NCBI GenBank assembly: GCA_035084275.1
Contig: CM068750.1
Span: 4,030,001-4,094,000 of the forward strand
Length of the DNA: 64,000 nucleotides
DNA from: Hydrolagus colliei
Lineage: Eukaryota
Direction: 5' to 3'
This document shows, piece by piece, positions 1 to 12,883 of this stretch. Both the position numbers and the translations under genes were made by a program. How positions within the stretch are numbered: position 1 is the stretch's first letter; each line of letters starts with the position of its first letter. Below the pieces are notes generated by a model, which worked only from the letters and a program-made list of their open reading frames with translations, searched no databases and was not told where the DNA came from.

Positions 1-124
1 TCCGAGCTGTAAGACTACCCTACCCAAATCTGCCTGACACTCATAACTCGCTGTCTAAAGTTTTAGGCACATAGTTCTGCCGTTGTTAAATAACAAGTTA
101 ACATACCGAACATACAGATTATCA

Positions 125-405
125 GGTGTAGTTGCTCAGTCACCTTACAAGCAAGGAACCTGAGTTAGAATCCAGGCAGGGCAAAATTGTGAGCAAGTTT
201 CCTTATTCCACATGCCTAATAATAATCAATCAAAAGAAAATTGGTCATTTCAGTCCACGACTGTTTATGGGACACTGTGTAATTGGCTGCTGTGTTTCGC
301 CCACATATATACTGTTAATTAACTTTACAGTATATTCTGCGAAGTGCTTTGAGACATCTAAAAGACATGAAAAGTGCTATATAATGCAAGGATTATTATT
401 ATTAT
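125..405 (+). mobile_element. tRNA-derived SINE, degenerate head
   Basis: Matches the other copies; ends ATGCAAGG(ATT)n. Confidence 0.8.
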
Positions 406-3400
406 ACTGCTTTATTTTGATCCTTATGAAACAGGATTGGATATTTCTAGAAAATAATTCTGAATATCTAGACTATTAAGCATAGGATCAATGTTAACAA
501 TTTAACATTTAATATTTGAAGACAACCTACTATTATGATTCATCTTTATTTTGTGACTTGCTTTCATTATAAACATAGCTTGATTTATCATTCAATCATA
601 TCTATATTTTGAAAATTTCTGTAAATGTAATGGGAAAGCCACAGCACAGCATAAAATAAATAACTGTTTAAATGTACAGTATACTTCAGATCCTGAAACT
701 TGTTATGGCCCGACTGACAAAAGTCTAAGCCCTGTTTAGTTCACAATGTTTCAGCCACAGGGCAAACCTAATTTTATTATAGAAATATCTAATTACATAT
801 CTTCCAGAGACTTGAGCACAGACCAACAATCCGATTCAACTGACCCACAGATTTATCCCTTTGAGGAGCCCCTCGCTGCTTCAGTACTATGATAAAACAA
901 GGTCGATAATGCCAATAGTACAAACTATAGCTCATTAAACACTATTTTCCCCTTCTTTGAGTGACCTGGTCTGATGCAAGATTAGGTTTCTACCAGGTAG
1001 AATATTAATTTAGTTGGGTATTAATATTAGGTTTAAATATTAATGTTGGGCCAGAATAACTTGCCTTTTAAATTCGTATTCTTTTCAGACACAAGCACTT
1101 TCAGCACTTCAAAACCACAACTAAAATCAGAAACTGCATGAGGAATCACATCCTCTATAGCACAACATCCTGACCTTGCTATGAACATGATGGCATTCTT
1201 TAAAAAAAACCTTAATGGCTTTAAGCAGGCTTTGCTCCAAACAGTGCAAATATAGAAAATAAGATTTGAGTTTAGTTATTCAAAAATGGTTGAATATCAA
1301 TCATTAAAATTGATTTTCAAAGATTTCCTGAACCTCTTTTGAAGTTTGTTTAAAATATCTTGAGTTATTTTTGCTGTTTTAGTAACATTTCCTTTTTTAG
1401 TAAACAAAATATTACAATGTTGAGCCACAATCACATTGAAACAACAAAACCCGTAGTCTCTTTTAGATAGTGAGTGCTCTTAAAACACAAAGGACTCCAG
1501 TATGTTTTTTTTAAGTTTTAAAAAGGCACCTATGAAACCTAATTCGCCAATGAACATATTTTATTAGTGCATTGTTTGGCAAACATCCAAGAAAGCAGAT
1601 TAGTGCTAATAAAATTAAATTATTCTCGTACAGGAAGTGATAAAGATCATGGTCACAGGTTTTTCTGACTGACTACTCTTAATTTTCAGATTAATCACAA
1701 GATTTGCTGTGTAAAGTGTACTGCAATGGCAAACGAGGAAAACATTGATTGTAGGGCATGGTGGGATTTGAAAACGAATGAGAGGATTTCCAGAGCAACA
1801 CCTGATTTTTGACATTCCATGAGTGAGCTAATACATTGAAATACACATCCAGCCACATTTTTCAAGCCACAAGTTGTCAATGTACCTTGAAGGTCTCCCA
1901 TCCCACCCAACTGCTGCAATAAAGAGCAGCATTCTGGTACATTCCTCATCACAGCACTACCAAGTACTGTAGCAAGAAAATGTAAACATTAAAAACTCAA
2001 TAATCTAGCATGAGTGGGCCCACACCTCCCTAATTTCGGAGATATTTAGAACCTACCAAGAAATGGCTCGGGAAGCACCATCCCATACGCCACATGAGCT
2101 GTAAACACAGCACTGAAGTCAAACAATGGCCCGAGCTCCAACCAGCGCCGGATGACAGAGAGGCCACACCGGGAACCACAAGCAGCTGTTCCAAACTCTG
2201 GGAGATTTACAGGCATCGGGAAATAATCTAATACTGGATGTATTTTAAAATCTTGCTGGCTTTCAGAATGTCGAATTATCAAGGTTTTACTGTAACATGA
2301 GTTTAAAGATAAATGGAAAGAGTGAAGTAAAAGTTAAAAGAAAATGAGAACAAGTCAGTGCTTTAGATTTACCCAAAGTCACACTCTCAAATATTAGCTC
2401 AGCAACATTAAATAATACAAAGCAATTTAAAAACAATTATGTTTAAAATCCCACCAACTTCGATAATACACCTAGGGGATTGAGTCAACTCATCTTGACC
2501 ACGACAGCAGTTGGATGTTACCCATGTGTGCCAATATTCAAACAAAAGGATTAAAAATTAGGCATGGTACACCAGAGGGCGATTAGAACCCAGTGAACTT
2601 TACCCCAGCAAAGAGTTAAGGTCTTCAGAATTAGGAAAAATAGATAAAATTGCCCCCAAATGTAAATGCACTGTAAAAAAAAGTTCCATTTTATTTTTAA
2701 AAATTTATATATAAATATTCTGCAATCCTAAAGCACCAGGTTCTTTTTTCACTGTTCACCAAAATCTACAAACTGATCCTGTAAGACCAACTTCAAGCCC
2801 CATCTTCCTACTAACCGAACCTGTGTGGTTTAAAAATTAGTTTTCAGTACTTTAACCATTTCATAAGTAAGGATAATGGAGTTTGTCCACAAGCAAATAT
2901 TGGGTAGTTTCATTAAAACTCTTCAATAAAGCACATCTGCACTCACATACACAATCTCATTCACCAAAAGCAAAATCATACCTAGGAAGATTTTCTTGCC
3001 TGTATTTCTTTCAAAAGCACCACAAGCTTACATTAATAAATGCAGCAATATAAGTTGTGAGAATCAATGAGGTTATATCCTACAAAAATGCTACAAAACA
3101 GCTTCAATATCACTCTTAATGCTGAACCCAATAAAATCTTCCTTCAATTTCCAGTCATAAGCTATTTTCTCACCCAGTTTCACTTTGTGACCAATATACG
3201 GTCTAATAAGCTTGGAAAATATAGCTGAGAAAGGAGCTTTCAGTTGAGATTTTATATAGAAAGCCTACAATACGAGTTCCCAATTTCATTTCTACTGGGG
3301 AAAACAGTATTGAGAAACAAGATACTATGACAGTGCTAGAGGTAAAATCTGATCACTGCATCAGTCTTGTACACTTACTAGTATCTAAATCAATCAGCAA

Positions 3401-4924
3401 TCTAGAAGGAGGTCACTCTCTCCCAGACTGCAAAGTGAGGGTTTGTGACCCAGGAAGACCTAAAGAAAATAAACATTCCAAATGGACTGGGGATAAATAA
3501 ATTATTTTTACATAATTGAATCTTCATTATATAATGTTATTTGATTAAGATAAATCAATCTACAACATCATCTGCCAGATTCTACTGCAAAGTGGTTTAG
3601 GCATTGTACCATTCTGAGATCAATAGCATTGTAAGTTTTAATAAAACAGATCAATCCAGACATCTCGGATACACGTTACAAATTACTGTAGCTAGAAAAA
3701 AAAAGTCATTGTGCTTCCTCAGCCTATATTATTGTATAGCTGTTTCAATGCTCAGTCACTCAAACAGAGTGACTCAGAAACTGCTGAGCATCGATGTTTA
3801 CAGTTGTTTCAGTCATTAAATGACCCTATTGCAAATCAAAACATAATAGGAAATTATACAAACAATTGTAGCACTGCACAATTCAAAAGAATTTCTAGTA
3901 GCCAGTTAATTGGTTCTCATCATCAAAACAATTGGTGACATTTTTAATTTCACATTTAGCTTCACTGGGATGTTCAGATTATCTCTCTTCTTCCACCCCC
4001 ACCCCTTACAAAATTCATTTAGATCAATGAATACAACTATAAAAATGTCAGTAAATCACATTACACATTTAACCAGGTGATGGCTGCCCTCCTTATAGAC
4101 ACCTATAAATATCCAAACAGGGTCAAGTTATAGTATTTTTTCTTCACAATTCATTTGTGGCAAACATAGTTGTACTTGGTTGTACTTGCCCCAATTTCTG
4201 AGTCACAGATCTCTAGAAATGTACCCCAATAGAATTGTTCTTAATTTCTACCTCCAATTTGATTTGAAATTACCCATTTAATAAAAATCTGTGCAATATT
4301 AAATATCAATTTATTCTCTTCCACTTACCTCTCTAACATAGTCTTTGCACTCAAGGAATTTGTAACTATTCCAAACCTACAACAGGTACCAACCTGATGA
4401 AGCTTGGATTAAAGCATTTGACCCCTGCAAGCCAATTCACATACAAGGTACACTACCTCAATTCAGTTTAAACCATATATAACTTTCATGTTCAAGTAAG
4501 AAATCTCTAAGTTTGAGGGCAATATTTGACATTGTGCATTTTACACAACGCATATTTATACAAATGACCTCAAATAAAGTAAATGTTGACATTTTAGTGT
4601 CCTGGTGATTTCTAAGTCAGTATAGTGCTTTTAAGAGAGATTGAATTGCCATCACACAGAAAGATAATAAACCTTCCTAGCTCCCCAAAAAGTAATTGTC
4701 ACTATAGGTATTTCACGGTTTAGCTATTCAAAGTTAAGCATTTTGAGTAAGTAGTTATAAATTCTGCCAATAGTAATCGTTTTTACACACGTTTTTAACT
4801 AATGAACATTTTGGTAGACGTAGAGAACATTCTAGACTCAACAGCAATGCTGTTTGTGGGCAAATAATGCAATCGTGTGATTTAGTTAAGAAGTACAGGG
4901 AGGGAATGACTCATTGTTTCACGA

Positions 4925-5020
4925 TAATAATAATCCTTGCATTTAATATAGCGCTTTTCACATCTCCTAGACGTCTCAAAGCGCTTCAAAGAATATACTG
5001 TAAAGTAAATTGACTATATA
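4925..5020 (-). mobile_element. SINE 3' fragment
   Basis: (AAT)nCCTTGCATTT...AGCGCTTTTCACATCT...GACGTCTCAAAGCGCTTCA. Confidence 0.8.
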
Positions 5021-5365
5021 CACTGATTAATTATACAGACATTAATCTAAGATATATAAGAAACGACTGCAAGTACAGAAAGGCGCAGTGCATGACTTCG
5101 CAATTAAGATTTTCAAAAATAAAACCAGTCGCAAAAGTCCAATGAAAGGATATGATCGGCCGGATTACCTAACCCCAAATGCGCTAATCCAACCATGTTT
5201 GAAAACGGAAGAGTGCTTTCATAGTGTCGTGTGGATAAGTGACAGACAACCCAGGCTGAGAAAGGCGGTGGGTGAGCTGCCAACCCTGACCACCCGCAAT
5301 AACAATTGCCTGCCAACACCAGACATTCACTGCACGATAAGTACACGTATTTCGCAGGCGGCGAT

Positions 5366-5450
5366 GGGGAGGAGAGAAGGGGTGGGGGGGAAGCTATGGT
5401 GGGAGGGAGGGAATGAGGGAGGGAGGGAGGGAGGGAATGGTGGGGGGAGA
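5366..5450 (+). repeat. G-rich (GGGA)n low-complexity tract in WDR20 intron 1
   Basis: Multiple GGG runs. Confidence 0.75.
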
Positions 5451-5530
5451 AAAGAGAAAATGAGCCTCCTCTTCACTCTGTCCCCACAAACAAATAGATA
5501 AATTAATTTTAAAAAACAAATTCCGTTTAC

Positions 5531-5779
5531 CTTCCTTACGCCTTTGTAAATGTAGAAGTACAGCTCCCGGCCCACATTAAAACAGATTCTGTCCCCATTG
5601 CCGGACTGGTCGTTCACATTCACGAATGACACCTTGACCGGGTTGGACCCTTGGGAATTGAAGGGCACCCTGTTGGGCCGGCTGTACTCGGAGTGGGTCA
5701 ACACTTTATAAACGCCTTCTCTGGTGGTAAACTGAGTTTTAATTTCGTTCATCTCCTTCCCTCCTCCCTCCGTCGCCAT
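5531..5779 (-). CDS. WDR20: WD repeat-containing protein 20, coding exon 1 (rest of gene lies left of the window)
   Basis: MATEGGGKEMNEIKTQFTTREGVYKVLTHSEYSRPNRVPFNSQGSNPVKVSFVN...YKGVRK matches the WDR20 N-terminus. 249 nt, ends at AAG|GTAAAC donor. Position next to HSP90AA1 fits known synteny. Confidence 0.95.
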
Positions 5780-6010
5780 GTTGTACTTTAGGATTCATCC
5801 TATCCGAGCCCGGATGTTGCTCAGGACGCCTGCGTCGCCTTTGACACGTTCACGGGCGGCACGTTGCGTGCATCGGGTGCGCACGCAGCCCAGCACCCAC
5901 CAGCTGACCGGAAGGAAATGTTTGTTGTTGACTGGATTGAAAGAGAATGAGAAGATTTTCTCATTTTGCTGGAATTTCCACCCACCCACCCAGCCAGCCT
6001 CAATCAGCCA
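5774..6010 (-). promoter_or_regulatory. CpG-rich WDR20 5' UTR / promoter region
   Basis: Local CpG enrichment. YY1-type CGCCATGTT overlaps the start codon, ETS-like CCGGAAG near 5908, NRF1-like TGCGCACGCA near 5879. Confidence 0.55.
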
Positions 6011-6807
6011 AACGATTTGTTTGAGGCCACATAGATAGATTTAAGGTGGTGCAGAATACTAGGGATTTCTTCAATTCGATCCTGAATCTTTTATTTCTCT
6101 CTGGAAAGATCACTGGCTTTCCCAATTCAGACTGGATTGAAAAGTCCCTCTCCCCCCCCCCCCCCCCCCCTCCACTTCACCCCAGCTTTTACAGGCTCAT
6201 GAGTTTTAAGACAAAATGGTGTTTATATTGCTAAGATTGGGTTGAATTTCAGCCCTCTAATGTCAGCTAACAGCTAACGATTGGTTGACCCATCACACCT
6301 CAAATATTTCAGTTCAAGGACTAATTTTCTGTGCAATATATGATCCTATTTTAAAATGTTAATATGCTCTATTTTAATAATAATTCTTGCTTTTGATATA
6401 GCCATTTTCACATCATTGAGACACTTCACAAATCGCTTCACAGGTTTTACTGTCAAATGGGTTGACTGTGAATAAAAGCGGCAGCCAGTTGCGTATAGAA
6501 ATATTCCACAACCAACCATCAGATGAGTGACCAATTTTATTTTTGTGCTTTTTCAATTAATTTGCAAAGTACATTATAGCAAGGATGAAATGCAAAAAAG
6601 TGGTTAAATGCATTAAGCTCGTACTTTGGATAAACTGTACAAATCAATCTTATGATGGACTTTATCACTTTATCAATAATCTTCCAAAGGCAAATTCTGC
6701 ATTTCTCTTTGAGCCACACTCCAGATTCAACTCGGGCTAGCAATTGCTGTTGACAGAAGGCATTTCCAGGTTCTCAATTGTATTCCATATAATGTGATTA
6801 CTTATAA

Positions 6808-6965
6808 ATAATCCTTGCATTTGATATAGTGCTTTTCATGTCTTCTATAATATATAATAATCCTTGCATTTGATATAGCGCTTTCCACATCTTATCAACG
6901 TCCCAAAGTGCTTCACAGAATATACTGTAAAGTGAATTGACTGTATATATTTGTGGGCAAAATGC
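6808..6965 (-). mobile_element. Two adjacent SINE 3' fragments
   Basis: ATAATCCTTGCATTTGATATAG occurs twice, at ~6808 and ~6855. Confidence 0.8.
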
Positions 6966-8850
6966 TTACTTCTCTCCATATTGTAAGTTACAAATGATCC
7001 AGTGTATTTGGACTGTTCATCTTGTGTCCTTGAGTTATTTATGATTTTTCCAAGTATAATTGCATGCAATACAAGATACTGTATTTCTGAATTGTGATTT
7101 AGTCAAGATTTGTCATATCTGACACATAAATAAAATCCAGAGGGTGGCTTCAATCTGTACCATGTGGTGTTTATATCCTGACAAGCATTTGTTCCACATC
7201 AATAAATATGAATCAATCATATAAAATTAATTTCAGAATATGTTCCATTTTAATATTTTAGAAGTGAAAGATTTCAAAAATGAATTTTGTTAATTTTTAT
7301 TTGCTTGTACTACTAATTTAATAATATTTTTGGATCAGGTATAACCTACATAGTATTATGTAATGGTTAGGATTCCTAACTTTCATGTATTACTCATATT
7401 TTGAAGGAAATTTATGGTGATTATTCTATTGGCACCATGCAATCAGCAAATTGTAATTCTATTATATGTAAGCTGGATTCACTATTTTTTTTCTATCAAA
7501 GTAAAATATGAAATCATGTTACTTTTTCCTCAGATACTTTGTTGCTTTAGAATTTGCACCAATCTGCTGATTTAGCTTCCACCCATTCTGAGTCAGCTTC
7601 TGGAAGATTGCAAGATCAGCCTCTGAACATCCCTGTGAGGATGTGTCTGCCTAGAATCTATAAGGGGTGATTCACTATTTCTGAGACAGGCTGTTAGATG
7701 CAGCACACCACAGTAGTCAAGCGCTCCATCTCAAAAGAAAGAATATCAGTGAGATGGGTTAAATTTCTCCCACAGTAGAAGTTCACAGTCAAAAAAACAC
7801 CCATCATTTTGACTGGTGATTAGAAAAAGGTGAAAGTGAATATGAAAATGGAAAATAATACACAAGTGTGGAAATATACTGAAATAGACATAATATTCAT
7901 GATTTTCTGAATTACAATCTTGTTAAAGCAGAAACTGGTTTCTCTCTGCAAGCAGTAACTACCCAAGGGTAAATTGTTCCACTTACTGAATTTTACATTG
8001 TCATGTGCCAGGCTGCTAAACTCTCTTAGAAAGTAAATATTAGCACATATATCAAATAATAAACAGGCTAAAATAAGTACCAAATTTATTTAAATCATAT
8101 ATAAAAAATTGCCACCAGCACCATACATTACAATATCAAATCAGAAGTATATGACAGGTAATCTGCCTATCTGAACAGCTCAATCCAGTAAAACATGATA
8201 AAATTGCTTTGTTTTTCCACTCCTTACAGCTTTGTTCCAATTTGTTATTCGGTCATGTGGATATAGATTCTCTTGCGTGCCATTGTGCTTGTTGATTAAG
8301 CTTGGGACACTGAACAATTGGTTCTCTGACAAATACCAAGCAGAAAATTGCTGTTCCTGAAACTCTTTACACTAAAGACATTAAATAATAATCTTTGGAT
8401 TTGCTTTAGCACCTTTCATGTCTGGAGGATGTCCGAAAGCGCTCACATGATTTACCTGAAATGGAGTGACTGTCCATATAAATGCCCACATTCATTTTTC
8501 ATGTAAATTTTGTGCAAAATTTCTCATTGTAATACGTTTAACTATTCCACATTCAATCCTACGTCGGGATGTCCTCCTGATGTGAAAGGTGCTCTATAAT
8601 TCTAAGTTTGTTGTTGTTGTAACCTTAGTAGATAAAAATTGAAAATTAATAATCAAATTATTATTCCTTGACAAAACAGTTTTAAAGAGGATCTGCTTGT
8701 CAGTGTCCATACTCACACAATGAGATAATCGAAGAGCACCATCTGCTGATTGCCTGAAGTACAAGCAGACTGGGTTAATCAGTGTTGAAAAATACTATGT
8801 TGAGCTATGAAGAACTCTATTAAAATATATTAGTATATCAGCAAATATAT

Positions 8851-9151
8851 ATAATCCTTGGATTTGATATGGCGCTTTTATCATCTTCTAGGCGCCTCAA
8901 AGCTTTTCACAGAATATACTATAAAGTGAACTGACTGAATATTTGTGGGTGAACGCCGCAGCCAATTGTGCATAGTAGTGTTCCACAAACAGTCGTGGGT
9001 TAAAATGACCAATTTGTTATTTTTTTTTAAAGGATTATTCGGCGTGTGGAGTAAGGAAACTCGCCCAAGGTTTCGCCCTGATCTGCCCAGATTCGAACGG
9101 GTCTCTTGCTTGTAAGGCGAGTGCTCTAACCACTGAGCTACAGGATTCCAC
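8851..9151 (-). mobile_element. Full-length tRNA-derived SINE
   Basis: A box TAGCTCAGTGG and B box GTTCGAATC on the minus strand; shared body and tail. Confidence 0.88.
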
Positions 9152-9360
9152 ACCAACTGTATAGAGTATACAGGAATGGACAAAGCCTAGTTATCTTTCA
9201 AAACTTTGTAGCTGTTTCCAAATATATCAGTGTTTTCCTTGCATTTGAGTGTCCACCATTAAAATATCTACCAAGTGCTGCAGACAATTGCTGAAAAGTG
9301 CCATTATTTTATATTTGACGGCAAATGCAGCATACAGTATTGTTCCACAAACAGTGCCTC

Positions 9361-9686
9361 AGGGATTGTTAGCCCAGTGGTTAGAGCACTCGCCTTGCAA
9401 GCGAGAGAAATGGGTTTGATTCCTGACAGGGTGAAATGTTGGCAGGTTTCCTTACTCCCCACTCCTATTTACCTAGCAGTAAGTAGGGACCCGGTTGTTA
9501 GTCAATTGGTGGATTGATTTTCCGCTAATTCCTTAAAAAAAATTGGTCAATCCACGACTGTTTGTGGGACACTGCAGTGCGCAATTGCGTGGTTTGCCCA
9601 CAAAATATAGTCAATTCTCTTTATGTTGAGGTGTCTCGAAGACATGATATGGTGCTATATCAAATGCAAGAATTATTATTATTATT
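9361..9686 (+). mobile_element. Full-length tRNA-derived SINE
   Basis: TAGCCCAGTGGTTAGAGCACTCGCCTTGCAAGCGAG head and (ATT)n tail. Confidence 0.85.
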
Positions 9687-10687
9687 AAGAACACTGACAC
9701 AACCTATTTTATTTTACTACTATTACTTACACAGAACAAATCAACATTGTTTGACTTCTTGGAAAACTGGAAGGGTAACTGGACTTGAGATATAGATTAG
9801 ACATGATCTTAAAAAGTGGCACAACAGGCTGAATAGCCTACTCCTGTTTCTATATCTATGCCTCTGTGTAATTCTTGAGTGATGTTGTAGTGTTTATTGT
9901 TATAACAGAGGAGATGGTAAACCAAAGTCCTGTCTGCCTGTTCAGGTGGATATTGAAGGTCCCCAAGCCACCTTTTGAAAACTGAAGGAAATTTACGACA
10001 GAGTGCTTGTCAACAAATAAATGGTAATTCATTTCATGGCTGTTTGTGGAACATTGCTGTGCCCAATTATGCTGCTGTGTTTTGCCTACAAACACAATCT
10101 CTCCATCTGACCATAAATCCTGTAAACCATTTTGAGACCACCTTCCTAAATACAGGGCTGAAGATTATTATGTACTAGCTGTACCTGTTGCATCTACGCT
10201 TGCATTTAAATGTTTCTCTCTGTCATCTGGCATTTTTATTTGTCCTTCAAACACTGGATCTTTGCTTCTTAGGTGTCTTTATCCCTTAAGATAAAGGAAA
10301 TATACTACTGAACTTGTTGGTATCCCTTGTTCACATATTTGCACGCATATCCTTTTGAGTAGACTCCTATTGGGAGGACTCATATGGAAGGATTGTGACA
10401 CACAGATATTTTCTCTTTATTAGTCTAGTAGATGTTTCTCTCCAGAAGAGTGTGTGACCTCTATCACTATTTTGTTGAAGAATACCATGCATACTTTTGC
10501 GGGGCTTAATTAATGAATTTTAAAATATATTTTCTTATATAGCTCATCAACAATAGGAGATACCACTCAAGAATGCCCATGACTCTCCTCCATTCAAGGC
10601 CTTTTCGCTGAGGTATAGATTATGTCTCTATATCAATCAGTAATTGCTTTTGGTGCACAGACATTTTGTCTTTATTAGTATACATTA

Positions 10688-10990
10688 GTGGAGTCCTGTA
10701 ACTCAGTGATTAAGGCACTTGTTTTGCAAGTGAGAGACCTGGGTTCGATTCCTGGCAGGAGATTGAGCAAATTTCCCTGCTCCACATTCCTGTTTACCTA
10801 ACAATAAAATAAAACTAAGCAAGAACCCTGTTGTTAGTCGAATGAGTAATAATTATTTTTAAGCATTATAAATTGGTCACTTCAATCTATGACTAACTGC
10901 TGTGTGCAATTGGCTTCTGTGAAGCACTTTTAAGACGTCTTAACGATGTGATAAGGCACTACATCAAATGCAAGGATTATATTATTATTA
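10688..10990 (+). mobile_element. Full-length tRNA-derived SINE
   Basis: GTGGAGTCCTGTAACTCAGTG...GGTTCGATTCC head and (ATT)n tail. Confidence 0.85.
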
Positions 10991-11623
10991 GTTACCACTC
11001 AAAAGGCGTGTTAAAAGCTATTATTATTATATCGTCAGTAAAATGTTTCGAAATGTACATTCTGGTTTGTACAAACATGTTGCCCCAGTGACTCACAAAT
11101 CAGGTACTTATTGGGTTAGCTTAGTGACGTGCATCTGGAACTTGCCTAGAAAATCTAAACGTAGATTAAAAAGGATTGGTACGGTATGTTATTACTGTAT
11201 AATGATCAGCAACAATATTTTATAACCATTCCCAAATGAATCCACACGGTCAAACAGATTTGCCTGAACGTTGGGAGGGAGGGGGAGGTGGAATGAAACA
11301 GAAGGAGGGTCAATACTGACTGTACTTGAGATTCCATGTTTGTGCTGAATGACAAAGAAAGGATTTACAGATTATGTGACAAATCTTCCACCTTACAGAG
11401 AATAACCGAGAGACAATGGCATTGGATTTAGTTCGCTGGTGCCGTGGGCTTGACCTTCATTTGAATTGTGGTTTGACGGCGCGATTCGTTGACGTTCGCC
11501 CGCAAACTTACGCGCTGGCTTTCTCTTTCATATATACAGAGAGAAAAAAAATCGTTAATACTTTCGGTTAACAAGGAGCCGTGACATCTTCCTCCACCCC
11601 CTCCTCCCGCTCTGCTCCCGCTA

Positions 11624-11870
11624 AGAACATTCCAGCAACTGGATTTTACAGTTGAGACTCAGACCCTCCCTCCTCACTGCTGGCCTTCGTGGTGTGCGGT
11701 GATGATTGGCTCAGCTAACCGTCAATGGGGCGGGATCATCGATGATCTAGGCTTTGGATTGGTTGAGGCGCCTGTCAATAACTGCAATGGTTGGGGGGGT
11801 CGGTTGGGTGGGGGCTGTAGAGTTCGAGACGTTTCTGGAACAAACTGAAGCCGGGCTGAGGTATAAAAAG
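11624..11870 (+). promoter_or_regulatory. HSP90AA1 core promoter: HSEs, CCAAT boxes, GC box, TATA
   Basis: TATAAAA at 11862-11868. HSE gTTCg-aGACg-tTTCt-gGAAc at 11822-11841. Second HSE aGAAc-aTTCc-aGCAa at 11624-11638. Inverted CCAAT (ATTGG) at 11705 and 11758. GGGGCGGG at 11727. Confidence 0.85.
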
Positions 11871-11892
11871 CGAATCGGCGGGTTCGCCTCCA

Positions 11893-11992
11893 TGCAGTAG
11901 CGCGGAGCTGTTGGGTTGTTAAGTATTAAGGAGGAGCTCGACTGGCCTTGATCATCTTTCAACTATAATTCCCGATAAAAATTTCGTTCAAG
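11893..11992 (+). other. HSP90AA1: HSP90AA1 non-coding exon 1 (start approximate)
   Basis: Starts about 30 nt after the TATA box and ends at CAAG|GTAAAA. The next acceptor (CAG|ATG at 12884) puts the ATG at the first base of exon 2, the known vertebrate HSP90 layout. Confidence 0.75.
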
Positions 11993-12272
11993 GTAAAAAC
12001 AATATATATACATATATATTTAATATATAGATATATATAAACGTTGAAAGGATTTGGACGTGGAAGAGCTGGGCACGGGTGGTGATGGAGGGGCAAATGT
12101 GTATCTATCATTCATTATTTTTCGCGTGACTTATTTTAAATTCAAAAATACTAAAACCAAATACGCTGACGTACACAATTCGATTGAAATCTTCCTATGT
12201 GTTTTTTTTAAATGCAAGCCTAAAAATGTCTTGTCTTGCGTCGGTTGTTGGGTGGGGGTGTGTGGAAAGTGA

Positions 12273-12287
12273 AGAATTTTCCAGAAG
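12273..12287 (+). promoter_or_regulatory. Intronic heat-shock element (perfect 3-unit)
   Basis: aGAAt-tTTCc-aGAAg in HSP90AA1 intron 1. Confidence 0.65.
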
Positions 12288-12490
12288 ACGGATTTGATTT
12301 GTGTCAGTCGGTGCTTAAGAAAAATTGTAACAATCACATTAATTTGCAAATGAACTGTTAGTCGGGGAATTTTATAAGGGGGTGGGGGGGTATTTTCGTT
12401 GCTTAGTATCTTAGTATGAACGACAATAGCTGGCTTCCGCTGACTGAATGAAGCCGCCTTTTTCCGGTGCTGCTGACATCGCTGGTGAGG

Positions 12491-12510
12491 AGACGTTTCT
12501 AGAAGCTTGT
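12491..12510 (+). promoter_or_regulatory. Second intronic heat-shock element (imperfect 4-unit)
   Basis: aGACg-tTTCt-aGAAg-cTTGt. Confidence 0.5.
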
Positions 12511-12736
12511 GCCTGGGAAGGTGGAGTTGGCGCGTGCGCTGTAGCCTCATGCGCCCAGGACTTGACTTCAGGTTTAATGCACAAGGGGAGATTGAACTGC
12601 ATCATTCTTCAGGCAGAGATTTCCTCTCTGCCTCCATCACCACCATCACTAATCCAATTATGATGTAGATTTACTTTATCGTGTATTTAAGAGACTTGTT
12701 CTTGATTCAAAACCTATAGCCCAATTTAATATTAAT

Positions 12737-12843
12737 AATAATAATCCTTACATTCAATAAAGCGCTTTTCACGTCTATTTAGACGTCTCAAAGCGCTTCG
12801 CAGAACATACTGTAAAGTGAATTGACTGTATATTTGTGGGCGA
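12737..12843 (-). mobile_element. SINE 3' fragment in HSP90AA1 intron 1
   Basis: Tail consensus; ends about 40 nt upstream of the exon 2 acceptor. Confidence 0.8.
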
Positions 12844-12883
12844 ATTTAACAGATGTAACATACTTTTTTTTGAACACCCACAG

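Noticed and set aside
4824-4838. HSE-like aGAAc-aTTCt-aGACt in WDR20 intron 1
   Set aside because: A single imperfect match far from a heat-shock promoter is expected by chance.
5088-5501. 137-aa plus-strand ORF
   Set aside because: GTG start, runs through a low-complexity G-rich tract antisense to WDR20 intron 1, and resembles no protein I recognise.
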